Program-made: the position numbers and the translations under genes | DNA from: Polyangiales bacterium | GTDB lineage: Bacteria; Myxococcota_A; Polyangia; Polyangiales; Ga0077539 | Length of the DNA: 64,000 nt | Assembly (NCBI GenBank): GCA_044229975.1 | Contig: JBGARZ010000018.1 | Location: forward strand, 32,001-96,000 | Direction: 5' to 3' | Notes under the pieces: generated by a model | What the model saw: the letters and a program-made list of their open reading frames with translations, nothing else | Told to the model about the DNA's origin: nothing | Databases searched by the model: none | Part shown: piece after piece, positions 50,293-59,806 of the stretch | How positions within the stretch are numbered: position 1 is the first letter of the stretch | Layout of the letters: each line of letters starts with the position of its first letter

Positions 50293-51021
50293 CTACAACC
50301 GCACTTCGCTTGGACTAGGGTTGGTCGTGTCCCGCGCCACGACGGCTGCTGTGAGCCTAGTGACGACGATGATGGCGACGCCTGCCGCGCCGACGCGCAA
50401 CCCGTCGACGGCGGCGGCCAGCAGCGTCGCCGTGCGAATGCCGTCGGCGCGAGTCGGATCAAGGTGCACCAGGGATGCGACGAGCGGCACGACGCCGCTC
50501 GCGAGCCAAAGCGCCGCCCAGAGACCGATGGGTGCCCGACCATCTGTGCCCACGGCCGGGAGCGACGTTAGGGCCGGCTCGCGGTAACCGACGTCGTCGC
50601 GCGCGACGGGGCGCGGCTCCGCCAACGGCGTCTCGACGAGTGCGCGGCGCAACGAGAGCAGGCGGCGGAATGGCTGCACGAGGTTGACGCCGGGGATGAG
50701 CCACGACAGCGCGAGCGTCGGAGGCGCATCGCGCCAACCGAGAAGACCCGCCCGCCTCGCCGCTCGGGACAGCGCGACGGACCAGAGCGCAAGCGCGGCC
50801 AGGCAGCCGAACGCGAGCACGGCGGAAGTCGTAGAGAGCACGTTGAAGGCCCGGTCGAGGGCTCCGACGGAAGGCGTCGCGGTCGGCGCATGACGCGCGA
50901 GTCGATCAATCGCGTGAAGGGCGAAGGCGTGACGGGCGAGGAGCAGCGCGTGGTTGAGCGCACCCAGCGCGAGCAGCACGCGAACGGCCCATGCACAGCG
51001 ACGCAAGGAGACCGCGGACAT
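50293..51021 (-). CDS. DUF4328-like membrane protein
   Basis: Multiple TMs; SWLIPGVNLVQPF; TGATG coupling to the upstream gene. Confidence 0.8.
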   Translation of the reverse strand: MSAVSLRRCAWAVRVLLALGALNHALLLARHAFALHAIDRLARHAPTATPSVGALDRAFNVLSTTSAVLAFGCLAALALWSVALSRAARRAGLLGWRDAPPTLALSWLIPGVNLVQPFRRLLSLRRALVETPLAEPRPVARDDVGYREPALTSLPAVGTDGRAPIGLWAALWLASGVVPLVASLVHLDPTRADGIRTATLLAAAVDGLRVGAAGVAIIVVTRLTAAVVARDTTNPSPSEVRL

Positions 51022-52982
51022 CACTCCCTCCCCTCCGCGCGGCCTTCCTCGCGCGGGTCGTCCACCAGGCGAAATGGTGTGACGGTCTCGCCGTCGTCGA
51101 GGACGCCATCGAGCCGTCCGCCGTGCGCTTCGAAGCGCGCGGGGGCCATCTCGTCGGAGTCGCTGTCCTCCGTCGCGGGGAGGCGGACGTCGAGGGTTCG
51201 GAGGCAGAGGGCGCCGTCGCGGAGCTCGTAGACGGCGTGCGTCGCCACGAAGGCAACGCCCTCGGTGTTGGCAGACCCGATGACGATCGGCGGCGTCACC
51301 CGATCCGACGGCCCCGTTAACGCGGAGAAGAAATGCAGCCGCGGCGCGGACCCGGCAGGCGTCGCGCAAGGCACGACCCGCGCGCCTTCGACCGGGAGCG
51401 AGCCCAGCACCACCGCGTCGTCCCCGTCCATCGGGAGAAAGCGCGCGACGCGGCCGCGATCGACGACCGCGAGCCCGAAGTCTGCACCGAGCTCCGCGGG
51501 CCCGAGGATCTGCGCGTCCGCGTCGTGCACGCTCCAGGCGCGAGCCGCCATCGCACCGTCGACGCCGACCCGCGCCACGACCGCGCGGTGCCGTCCAGCG
51601 CCATAGTGGGCGTAGACGCCGCCGTAGTCAGAGACCGAGTGTTCGAGGCCGACGAGCAACATCCGCCCGTCGTCGACGTGGGTTCCCCGGCGCCAGAGGA
51701 GGTTCGTGTCGAAGGGGGACAGGTCCGCCGACTGGTGCCCACGCGCCCAGAGGATCGTGTCCCCGGAGTGGCCGACGAGGACGCCGTCACGACTGACGGC
51801 GAGCGCGCGCCGTCCGACCCCGACGCCCGTAACGTCGAAGTGGTCGAAAGGGTGGATCTCGGTGGGGATGTCGGCCGCACCACGGAACTCCCCCTGCGCG
51901 TCGTGTCCACGCCAGCGCAGGGAGGCGTGCGTGTCCCAGTACGAACCGGGTGCCCGTGACGACCGGGCCAGCAGGGCCCCATCGGCGGCCCGCAGCGAGT
52001 GGGTCCAACCCAGGCCGGTGAAGAGCGGCGCGCGCACCGGTCGTCCGCGGCTCGCCACGCGCAGCGCGACGGGCGGAGGCTCCCAGGGCGCGCCGGGCCC
52101 CGTGCAGCGCGGACGCTCGCCAGCCGCCAGCACCTCGTAGCGCTGCTGTCGCACCCTTGAGGGATCCCCCACCTCACCGGACGTTCCTCGCGGCTCCGTC
52201 GACGGCGACAGCGTGGGGTGCTGCGCGTCGGACGCCCCGTCGGCGAAGAGCATCCACCCGTGGCTGGTGTGCACCCGCAACCCAGGCGGCGAGGCCGCCT
52301 CCACGGTCTGCGCGCATCTCAACGAGACGGCCACGTCCCGCCGCGTGGGCGTGCCTCCGAGGTCGACCGGACGCCACCGCACGCCGCCGTCATCGGTGCG
52401 GAAGAGCGCGCCCTCGCGGGTGATGGCCGCACCAACGAGTCGGTCGCAGAACAGTGCCTCGGCGGTGCGCGGCGGCGCGTGCAGGGACACCCGGCCGCGG
52501 CGAGGGTCGATCAGGTACGGACGGTCCGCCACGAACTGCACCGCGAGCCCGCGACCGTAGGCCCCTGCGCGGTGGTCACAGACGGCACCGGCGACCACCC
52601 GCAGCGGCCCGAGGAAGGTCTCGCTGACCAGGGCGCGTCCGTACTCCGTGAGGAAGACCCACGCGCCGTCGACCTCGAACACGCTCGTGATCGCCTCTTC
52701 CGTGCAGTCGCCGGCGACCGTGAAGGACCGCTGGTCCCCGGCGCGGAATCGCACGCCCTGCCACCAGCCGAAACGATCACCCGACGGGCCGCGGATGGAG
52801 TCGCTGAGGTTGAAGGCACCGCTGACGTTCTCGGGAGGCGGGCGCCGTAGCGCCTCGCGGGCGGCGATGCGTCGACGCTCCTGCGCGCGAGCGAAGGGGC
52901 CCAGGCCCGCCGGAAGCAGCGGCCCATGCAGCGGGAGCGCGGCGAGCAGCAACAGCCCACCGAGGGCGTGCGACCCGTTCAC
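51021..52982 (-). CDS. Divergent, shortened member of the A/B superfamily; start uncertain (52982 or 53138)
   Basis: GAWVF...FLGPLR, RTDDGGVRW, WRGHDAQG, YELRDGALCLR. Confidence 0.8.
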   Translation of the reverse strand: MNGSHALGGLLLLAALPLHGPLLPAGLGPFARAQERRRIAAREALRRPPPENVSGAFNLSDSIRGPSGDRFGWWQGVRFRAGDQRSFTVAGDCTEEAITSVFEVDGAWVFLTEYGRALVSETFLGPLRVVAGAVCDHRAGAYGRGLAVQFVADRPYLIDPRRGRVSLHAPPRTAEALFCDRLVGAAITREGALFRTDDGGVRWRPVDLGGTPTRRDVAVSLRCAQTVEAASPPGLRVHTSHGWMLFADGASDAQHPTLSPSTEPRGTSGEVGDPSRVRQQRYEVLAAGERPRCTGPGAPWEPPPVALRVASRGRPVRAPLFTGLGWTHSLRAADGALLARSSRAPGSYWDTHASLRWRGHDAQGEFRGAADIPTEIHPFDHFDVTGVGVGRRALAVSRDGVLVGHSGDTILWARGHQSADLSPFDTNLLWRRGTHVDDGRMLLVGLEHSVSDYGGVYAHYGAGRHRAVVARVGVDGAMAARAWSVHDADAQILGPAELGADFGLAVVDRGRVARFLPMDGDDAVVLGSLPVEGARVVPCATPAGSAPRLHFFSALTGPSDRVTPPIVIGSANTEGVAFVATHAVYELRDGALCLRTLDVRLPATEDSDSDEMAPARFEAHGGRLDGVLDDGETVTPFRLVDDPREEGRAEGRE

Positions 52983-53387
52983 GGCGTGCCCCGCGGGGCG
53001 GTCTGCTGGGGCATCGGTCGGATCCTCCGGCGCCTCAACGCGCGATCGCGGAGGGGTCGTCCCTCGCGGCGGTCGAATGCCACGATAACGGTGCGAGTCA
53101 GCAACGGTGACGAATGCCGTCGCGATCCGGCGCGTCATACGTCGGCACGAGTTCAGCGAGCGGCCGCGCTTGCGTCGCCCGCGGGCGGGTTGCTAGCCTC
53201 TGCTCAACCGCGCCTCGGCTTCGATCACCTACGATCGACCGCACTCGACGCGACCCTTGCAACAACAGCCTCTTCTCGATTCGTTCCGCATCGCGCTGCA
53301 GTTCGCGCACGCGACGACAACACCACAACCCCAACCCCTCACGAGACCCGCGCCGTGTCACCGAGGCACGGGTGCCCCGCGTGGGCG

Positions 53388-54374
53388 ATGAGCGCGCTCC
53401 ATGCGTCCCGGTGGGCGACCCTGGTCGAACGCCGCGTTCGCGGGCGCCTCTCGCGCGTGCTGTCCGCGGTCCGCGGCGCAAGCCGTCCCGAGTCGGCGTG
53501 GGAGACCCTTGCGGCACGCGACCTGATCCCGCACGACTGGACTGCGAGCACACACACGCGCGCGTTCGCCCCAGCATCGATGTGTGGCCGGTGCGACAAA
53601 GGACTGACGCAAGAGCGCCATCACTGGGGCCGCAAGTCCGCGCGGTGGTTGCGGTGCCCGGCGTGCCTCGACCACTACGACGACTGCGCCGCGCGACTCG
53701 TACCACCGAGCCTCGACGACGTGATCGGACTCGCGCTGGACCCTTCGGGGGTGGCGACCGCCGAGGCGCTCGGACTCGAGGTCGCCGCGCGGCTCGCCGA
53801 GGACGGGCCCTGCGCGCAGCGGGTGCTCTGGCGCTTTCACGATGCGCGCGCAGACGAGCGACTCGTTGAGACGCGGTACAACGACCCGCGGCTGCGCGCG
53901 CTCAACGAGATGAGCGCTCGCGCCTGGGACATCGAAGAGGCGCTCACCGACGCACGGCGCGACGACGACCTTCCAGACGACGACGGCGAGTACTACGAGG
54001 CCTACAGGCCGCGGTTCAACGCCGCCGTCCTACCGCCGTACGAAGCGCCGCCACCCGCGGGGCGCCACCTGGGGCTCGCCGCGATCTGGCGCGCGCTACG
54101 GCGCATGGTGCTCGATCCGCGCTCGGCGCCGGGCGAAGTGGAGGACACGACGAGCGACCCGGTCGAGGCGCTGCTCGCGCGCCACGCGGCGTGGGCACGC
54201 GAGTGTGTCGGCAAGACGCTCGACCGCGATGGCCCCGACCGCGACCGGCTCGCAGCCTTCGCGCGGTCGCCGAACCCATACGAACCAGCAGTAGCGATCT
54301 GGGCACTCGGGTACGGCATCGAGGCCGTTACTGATCACACCGTGGTGCTGGTCGCGCCGAAGTACGATTCGTGA
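53388..54374 (+). CDS. Cytoplasmic hypothetical protein with two CxxC pairs
   Basis: AWETLAARDLIP..W; CGRC...CPAC; C-terminal PNPYEP...WALGY. Confidence 0.7.
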   Translation: MSALHASRWATLVERRVRGRLSRVLSAVRGASRPESAWETLAARDLIPHDWTASTHTRAFAPASMCGRCDKGLTQERHHWGRKSARWLRCPACLDHYDDCAARLVPPSLDDVIGLALDPSGVATAEALGLEVAARLAEDGPCAQRVLWRFHDARADERLVETRYNDPRLRALNEMSARAWDIEEALTDARRDDDLPDDDGEYYEAYRPRFNAAVLPPYEAPPPAGRHLGLAAIWRALRRMVLDPRSAPGEVEDTTSDPVEALLARHAAWARECVGKTLDRDGPDRDRLAAFARSPNPYEPAVAIWALGYGIEAVTDHTVVLVAPKYDS

Positions 54375-54458
54375 GGGCGCGGCGACGGCGGAGTCGATGC
54401 TGATTGCGAGTGCGAGTGGGGCTCAGCTTCGAGCACCACAACTGGCCTTGGTCGCCTC

Positions 54459-55013
54459 GTGTATCTTGCAACCGAGGCGACCTTGTTCCTGCGATCGCTG
54501 TTGGTGTTCGCCGTTGCGATCGGATGCGCGCGCCCGATCGGTCGCCCTGAGGTTGGAGGCGGAACGGTGATCGAACTCAGGTGCGACGAGGAGCGGACGA
54601 CCGTACGACGGAGTCCGCCGGGTCTTCCCTTCCCGCCAACCTCCGAGATGTCGGACACAAGCTGGAGCAGCGTCGTCCCGGACGTCGTCGTCGATCCGCG
54701 CCGCGTGCCGCGAATCACGGCGTACGCGTGCGCGGCGGAGCGATCGAGAGCGCGGGAGGCGTGCCCGCCGGATTGGACCTGCACCGCGACGAGCGATCGA
54801 CCAGAGCCTGATTGCGTTCGAATCGATGCAGAGGTCACCCCCGACGGACACGTCAGGATTCCGTGCGGCCACCGGACGTCGTATTCGCACCCGTCGCTTC
54901 GTCCCGACACGATCGTCGGCGACGCCGGATTGTCGTTCCCCCGACCGTCACCGGAGTTCGGTATCACCGCGCATACGTTCGAATCGAATAGCGACGTCTA
55001 CCCATCTCGGTGA
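54459..55013 (+). CDS. Hypothetical lipoprotein (start possibly TTG 54483)
   Basis: LLVFAVAIGC lipobox; Cys-rich mature part. Confidence 0.6.
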   Translation: MYLATEATLFLRSLLVFAVAIGCARPIGRPEVGGGTVIELRCDEERTTVRRSPPGLPFPPTSEMSDTSWSSVVPDVVVDPRRVPRITAYACAAERSRAREACPPDWTCTATSDRPEPDCVRIDAEVTPDGHVRIPCGHRTSYSHPSLRPDTIVGDAGLSFPRPSPEFGITAHTFESNSDVYPSR

Positions 55014-55125
55014 CCGATCCCAGCGAGGGTGCCGCGCTGGACTCTCCATCACGCCCGTCGCTCACGATCCGCAAGACTGGAACCGGAACGCTCGTGAGCA
55101 AGGCGTCCAGCGATGGCCCGCGCTG

Positions 55126-55431
55126 CTACTGGTAGCTGCCGCAAAGCACCGCGCTGTCCACCATGTTGCAGTACGCGTCGACCATCTCCGCGTTCCATCC
55201 GCGGCACGCGAAGACACACGTCGCCACGCGACGCCGGCACGCTTCACGACACGCCGCCTCGTGCTGCGGCGCTGGAGGACGCGGGTAGCACCCGTTCACG
55301 CACGCCGCGTACGTCCGCCAACACCCGCGATCGCAGCGCGCCCGACGCGCCTGGACGGCGGTGACCCTCCGCTGCGCCGCGACGTCGCCGGACGGAACCA
55401 CCATCGCCCCCAACCAGAGCGCAGCCATCAC
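55126..55431 (-). CDS. Small exported peptide with 10 Cys in CxxxC-x6-CxxxC repeats
   Basis: GGAGG upstream; signal ending VAA-Q; CDRGC-x6-CVNGC and CREAC-x6-CVFAC. Confidence 0.7.
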   Translation of the reverse strand: MMAALWLGAMVVPSGDVAAQRRVTAVQARRARCDRGCWRTYAACVNGCYPRPPAPQHEAACREACRRRVATCVFACRGWNAEMVDAYCNMVDSAVLCGSYQ

Positions 55432-55490
55432 CGTCAAGGACCTCCCGCGGCCGCCCTTCCTGCGACCGCACGGCGTGCGCAACGACCGCG

Positions 55491-56291
55491 TCAACGCGCG
55501 CTCCCTGCCAGCCCACGCGCCGCGACCGGCGAGCAGCGGAACCGGGCCCTGTCCGTCGCGGTCGTCGCGTGCCGCGTGTCGTCGTACTCCACCCCGACAA
55601 GCCCGCCCCCCGGCGCGGGCCAGGCGTAGAACGCCTCCCCGAGCGTGCCCTGCACGTTGCGGATGCATGCGCGATCGCCGCCGATATCCACCGTCGCATG
55701 GGCGGGCATTGACCCTCCCGCCCACGACGACATCTCAGACGGCACGGCCACCCGCAGCGCCTCGCGCCGGGTCGCGTCGTCGCAGAGCCCGAGCGTCGCC
55801 GGTGACGGGACGGCGACCGTCTCGCCCGCGACCGCCGCGTCGGCCGAGACGAAGCGCGCACGACCGTGCTCGTCGGACACCCAGAGCACCGCCCCCGGCG
55901 TCGACCCGTGCTCGGCAGGCGAGACCGTCTCGTCGGCGCCCGACAGCCTCCGCCGCACCACCGCCGATCCACCGATGCCGAACAGGAACCAGGGTCGGCG
56001 CGACCGCAACACGAAGACCGCCCGCTCACGGGTGAACCAGCGCACGCGAGTCACCGAGCGTGACACCCGCAGGCGTGAGCTCCACCCGCAGCCCGCCACA
56101 GAGCGCGCGGACGGTTCCGTCCAACGGCCACCCCAAGAGCCGGAACGTGCAGGCGGGGTAGACGACGTCCACTCGCAGTGTCGGTACCTCACCCTCGAAG
56201 GGGGGGCGGAGGCGCAGCCGACGAGCGCCATCCTGAGCGAGTGGGTGAGGAGGCGGCCACCGCGGCGCGGCGGAGGGCGGTGGGTGTTCAT
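55491..56291 (-). CDS. Lipoprotein resembling only the C-terminal module of the A/B superfamily
   Basis: LVGC lipobox; ATVDIGGDRACIR and terminal ARFRC pattern. Confidence 0.6.
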   Translation of the reverse strand: MNTHRPPPRRGGRLLTHSLRMALVGCASAPPSRVRYRHCEWTSSTPPARSGSWGGRWTEPSARSVAGCGWSSRLRVSRSVTRVRWFTRERAVFVLRSRRPWFLFGIGGSAVVRRRLSGADETVSPAEHGSTPGAVLWVSDEHGRARFVSADAAVAGETVAVPSPATLGLCDDATRREALRVAVPSEMSSWAGGSMPAHATVDIGGDRACIRNVQGTLGEAFYAWPAPGGGLVGVEYDDTRHATTATDRARFRCSPVAARGLAGSAR

Positions 56292-56414
56292 GCACAATCC
56301 CAACGTCGGATGGACGATGGCCGTGACGACGTCCTCGCCTACCGCAACGAGATCAGCCCCATGGCGCGTGCTCGACCGAGTGGGCGGTCGACGCCGCAAC
56401 GGCCTTTGGCGAGA

Positions 56415-56960
56415 TCAGTCGAGCGCGCCTGAAGGGCCATGCCTAGACGGAGGGTTCTGTTGCGCCCATGCGCGCAGTTCGCGGCGCCAGGCACGAAGCC
56501 GCCACACGATGCGCAGCGCCGCGGCGAACAGCCCGAAGACCTCCAGCATGCGCAGGGCGCGGTCGAAGCCGAGATTGCCGTCGTCGACGTAGATGGAGTC
56601 GGGCACGAAGCACTCGCGCTCATCCTCCAGGCAGCGCACGGTCACCGGCTCGCGGTACCGGACGCGCTCGATCTGCGTCTGCGTGAGCTGGATCCTCCAG
56701 ACGCCATGCCGCGCATCGTTGAGCTCGTACTCGGCGAGGGAGGGATTGAAGCGCCGCACCTCGCGCTCGACGGTCATCACCCGCTCGGGCGCGCCGGGGC
56801 TCTCGCCGCGGAGGCGGCTCATCTCAGTGAGCTTGCCGGTCGTGAATGCGCACAGGAGCGCGCAGCCGACGCACACCAGCGCCGCCACGGCGACGTTGGG
56901 AGGGCGCGGTCGGGCCGCGCGCGGGCGCTCTCGGTAAGGGGAGACCGACACGGGCTGCAA
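56415..56960 (-). CDS. Two-TM membrane protein
   Basis: SPYR, TM, soluble loop with a Cys pair, TM. Confidence 0.7.
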   Translation of the reverse strand: MQPVSVSPYRERPRAARPRPPNVAVAALVCVGCALLCAFTTGKLTEMSRLRGESPGAPERVMTVEREVRRFNPSLAEYELNDARHGVWRIQLTQTQIERVRYREPVTVRCLEDERECFVPDSIYVDDGNLGFDRALRMLEVFGLFAAALRIVWRLRAWRRELRAWAQQNPPSRHGPSGALD

Positions 56961-57136
56961 GAGGACCCGACGCGGGACGCGGCGTCAACTCGCGGCGTGG
57001 ACGTCTCATCAATGAGCATCCGCGCTCACTGCGCTGCCGGAGCGCGTTGTGTCAACGCGCGGGCCGCGAGCGCGAGGAACGCCCACGAGCCGACTGCTCT
57101 CGCGCCATGCGGCGCAGGTCAGGACTGCACCGACGA

Positions 57137-59806
57137 TCAGCGCCACCGCCGGAGCCGCGTCGGCCGCGAGCATCGCAGGGCGGTCGAGCGGCCCCAGGGA
57201 CCGCGAGCGCCCCGGGCGTCGATCGTGAAGGGCGTCCCGAAGTGGGCCAGGGCTCTTAGGCAGAGCGCATCGCCCGCGCGCGAGAAGTGCGCCTCAAGCA
57301 GCATGTCGACCGCGCGGTCGTCGACACCGGTGACCGACGCGCCGGTCTCTACGACGTAGTCACCCATAGCGCTGGAGACGCAGGGGTCGAGGGAGATGCG
57401 GGTGGCGAGCACGCGCGGCACCTCGCCCGGCGGACCGCCGAGCGCCGTCCCGTCGTCGAGAATGCGCAGGAAGCCCCCGTCCACTCCTGCGGCGTACACG
57501 CCGACCGTGCCCTCCGCGCGAGCCGCCACCGCGATGCTTGCCGCCCTGACGCCCGCGCGTTGCGACGAGACCACCACCGTTGGACTCAGCCCTCGGTGAT
57601 CGCCAAAGCGCCGCAGCCTCACCGCAACGGTCGTCCCATCCCGCGCGACGAGAGCTGTCGTATACGGGTCGTGCTCGTACGGCGCACGCCAGAGGATCCG
57701 CGGGGAAGTGTTGGCCGACAGCTCCACGAGCGTCTCGATGCTCCGCGAGTCGTTCGAAGGCGCGAGGACGAGCGCGCGATCATGTCGGAACTCGACCAGC
57801 GTGATACGGGGTCGTCGATGACCTGTCGCGCGCATCTGCCAGGGGAAGGCGTAGGAGGTTCGCTGCGGGATGGCCGGCGACTCGCGGACCCAGAAGCGCC
57901 CGTTGAACCACGACGACGAATCGCTTTCGTACTCGGCGCCGGGTAGCGCGGCTGGTTCGGGGTCGGGCTGATCGTCCGTGGGGCGTGAGGGATCGCCGTC
58001 GGGCGCGCACTGCCAAAGATCGGTCGGCTCCCGCTCCCACAGGAACTGCGGCACGCCCCGACCGAGACCCACGTGGTTGTGCCCCGATTGCACCGGGCGG
58101 CCCCAGCCGATGCCAGTGGGGCCCGCCGACCAGCCCGTGCTCGAGCAGGAGAGCTCGCCCCGGTTGCCGGGCGAGCCCCGGAGCGCGGTGAGGTACGGGT
58201 CGTAGCCGCCCGCTTGCAACGAGTGCCACGCCCGTTCGAGGTGGGTAGAGAACCAGATGCCCCCGTCCGGTGCGACCGCCCCGAGGTCGCCGTCCGCCGA
58301 GCAGAGCGCGACGCGACCGCGCAGGTCGGGAGTGGTCGCCCAGGACGGAGCCTCACGCGCCACGAAGCGTCCGCCGGGTCGCCCTTCGAGCACGACGGAC
58401 TCGCGGGTGTCGGACGTCGTGGCCGTGACCCGGAGCAGGCCGTCTCGGCCGAGTCGCAGCAACGAGCCGTGGATGCGGTAGCGCGCCCGGTCTTCGTTGG
58501 CCATCAGCAGCACGCGGGGACCGGACCCCCGGAGGGCCATCGCGTGAGAGGCGAAGCGACGCTCATCGAGCAGGACGAGTTCGTCGCCGTCCCACCCAGC
58601 GATGGACCACCGGGGCACCCGACCCCCGACGACCCGGGAACGCGGCGGCTCATGGTCGATCTGCTCGCACACGGTGGTGCCCGCAGCGCAGGACTCCTGC
58701 TCCGAGCAACGCCCTTCGCACGCCACGCGACGGCCGTCAGGGCTCACCGCGCACGTCGGCGCCTCGCCGCACGCCCGGAAGGTCAGCCTCGGGGCCCAGG
58801 CCCCGTCGTCGCCGCGCGCGAGCAGCGCCCACCCTCCGTCCTGGTCGCACACGGCGTAGAGGCGATCAGCGACCTGGTAGCTGCCGAGGCGGCAACGGGG
58901 AGGCGGCTCGAACGGACCCACGATCCGGTCGTCTACGAGGTCGTAGATGGCCTCGTGGGACGTGTGCCAGGTCCCGATCCGGGCGACGGCGGTCCGCTGA
59001 CTCGTGTCGAGGAAGGTCGTCAGGTGCTCGACCTCACGGAAGTCGAGCAGGTTGCGAGGGCGCGCGGCCTCCGGCTCGGCGGGCTCGAAGGTGCGCGGGG
59101 CCCCGGCCACGTCCACGACGGTCTGCGTCCCGTTGGATCGGTGAACCCGCGCGCGGGTCGCGCCGATCAGCCAGAGACCCTCGACGTCGGCGGCGACCTC
59201 GCGGACGGTCTCCTCGAACGGCGGCGCGAGCGTCCAATGCTGCCCGGCGTCCCCTGTCACGAACGCCACGCCAGGCTCGATGAGCGCGACTCCGCGCGCG
59301 TCGTCGGCGAACGCCGCATCGATGACCACAGAGGGGGGAAGAGGTGCGCCTTCGAGGCGGCCATTGCGAAGGGTGACGACGCGCCCGACGCCGTGACCCA
59401 GGACGCCCTCTGGCGACGACACCACGAGGTGAAGCGGGCCCAGGAACGACGGCGACGCCCACACGCCCGTCTCGGAAATGAAGCGCCAGCCGTCTGCCGC
59501 GCGCAGCACGCGCCACGTCCCCTCGGCGAGGCTCCAGTCGGCCGAGCGCGTGACGTCGCCCTCAAGCTCGAGCGCGTGACCGTGCACGATGTACCGGCGC
59601 ACGGCGCCTTCGCGCGGGCCGACCTCCAAGACGGTCGGGGAGAGCCCCGTGGAGGCCACGCCGATCCGCATCACGTTGGCGTCGGCGACGGTCGGGGCTG
59701 CGGCGGCGACCGACCTCGCGTGACGATGACGCGCGGCCCGGGGTGGGGCCACTCCCGCGCAGCCGATCGCCGCGAGCAGCAGCCACGCCGTCAGCGGACG
59801 ACGCAT
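57137..59806 (-). CDS. Family B lipoprotein B4 (889 aa, most divergent)
   Basis: MRRPLTAWLLLAAIGC; GGAGG RBS inside the end of A4; FLGPL, TGDAGQHW, CAVSPDGRRVACEGRC, GDALCLR. Confidence 0.88.
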   Translation of the reverse strand: MRRPLTAWLLLAAIGCAGVAPPRAARHRHARSVAAAAPTVADANVMRIGVASTGLSPTVLEVGPREGAVRRYIVHGHALELEGDVTRSADWSLAEGTWRVLRAADGWRFISETGVWASPSFLGPLHLVVSSPEGVLGHGVGRVVTLRNGRLEGAPLPPSVVIDAAFADDARGVALIEPGVAFVTGDAGQHWTLAPPFEETVREVAADVEGLWLIGATRARVHRSNGTQTVVDVAGAPRTFEPAEPEAARPRNLLDFREVEHLTTFLDTSQRTAVARIGTWHTSHEAIYDLVDDRIVGPFEPPPRCRLGSYQVADRLYAVCDQDGGWALLARGDDGAWAPRLTFRACGEAPTCAVSPDGRRVACEGRCSEQESCAAGTTVCEQIDHEPPRSRVVGGRVPRWSIAGWDGDELVLLDERRFASHAMALRGSGPRVLLMANEDRARYRIHGSLLRLGRDGLLRVTATTSDTRESVVLEGRPGGRFVAREAPSWATTPDLRGRVALCSADGDLGAVAPDGGIWFSTHLERAWHSLQAGGYDPYLTALRGSPGNRGELSCSSTGWSAGPTGIGWGRPVQSGHNHVGLGRGVPQFLWEREPTDLWQCAPDGDPSRPTDDQPDPEPAALPGAEYESDSSSWFNGRFWVRESPAIPQRTSYAFPWQMRATGHRRPRITLVEFRHDRALVLAPSNDSRSIETLVELSANTSPRILWRAPYEHDPYTTALVARDGTTVAVRLRRFGDHRGLSPTVVVSSQRAGVRAASIAVAARAEGTVGVYAAGVDGGFLRILDDGTALGGPPGEVPRVLATRISLDPCVSSAMGDYVVETGASVTGVDDRAVDMLLEAHFSRAGDALCLRALAHFGTPFTIDARGARGPWGRSTALRCSRPTRLRRWR

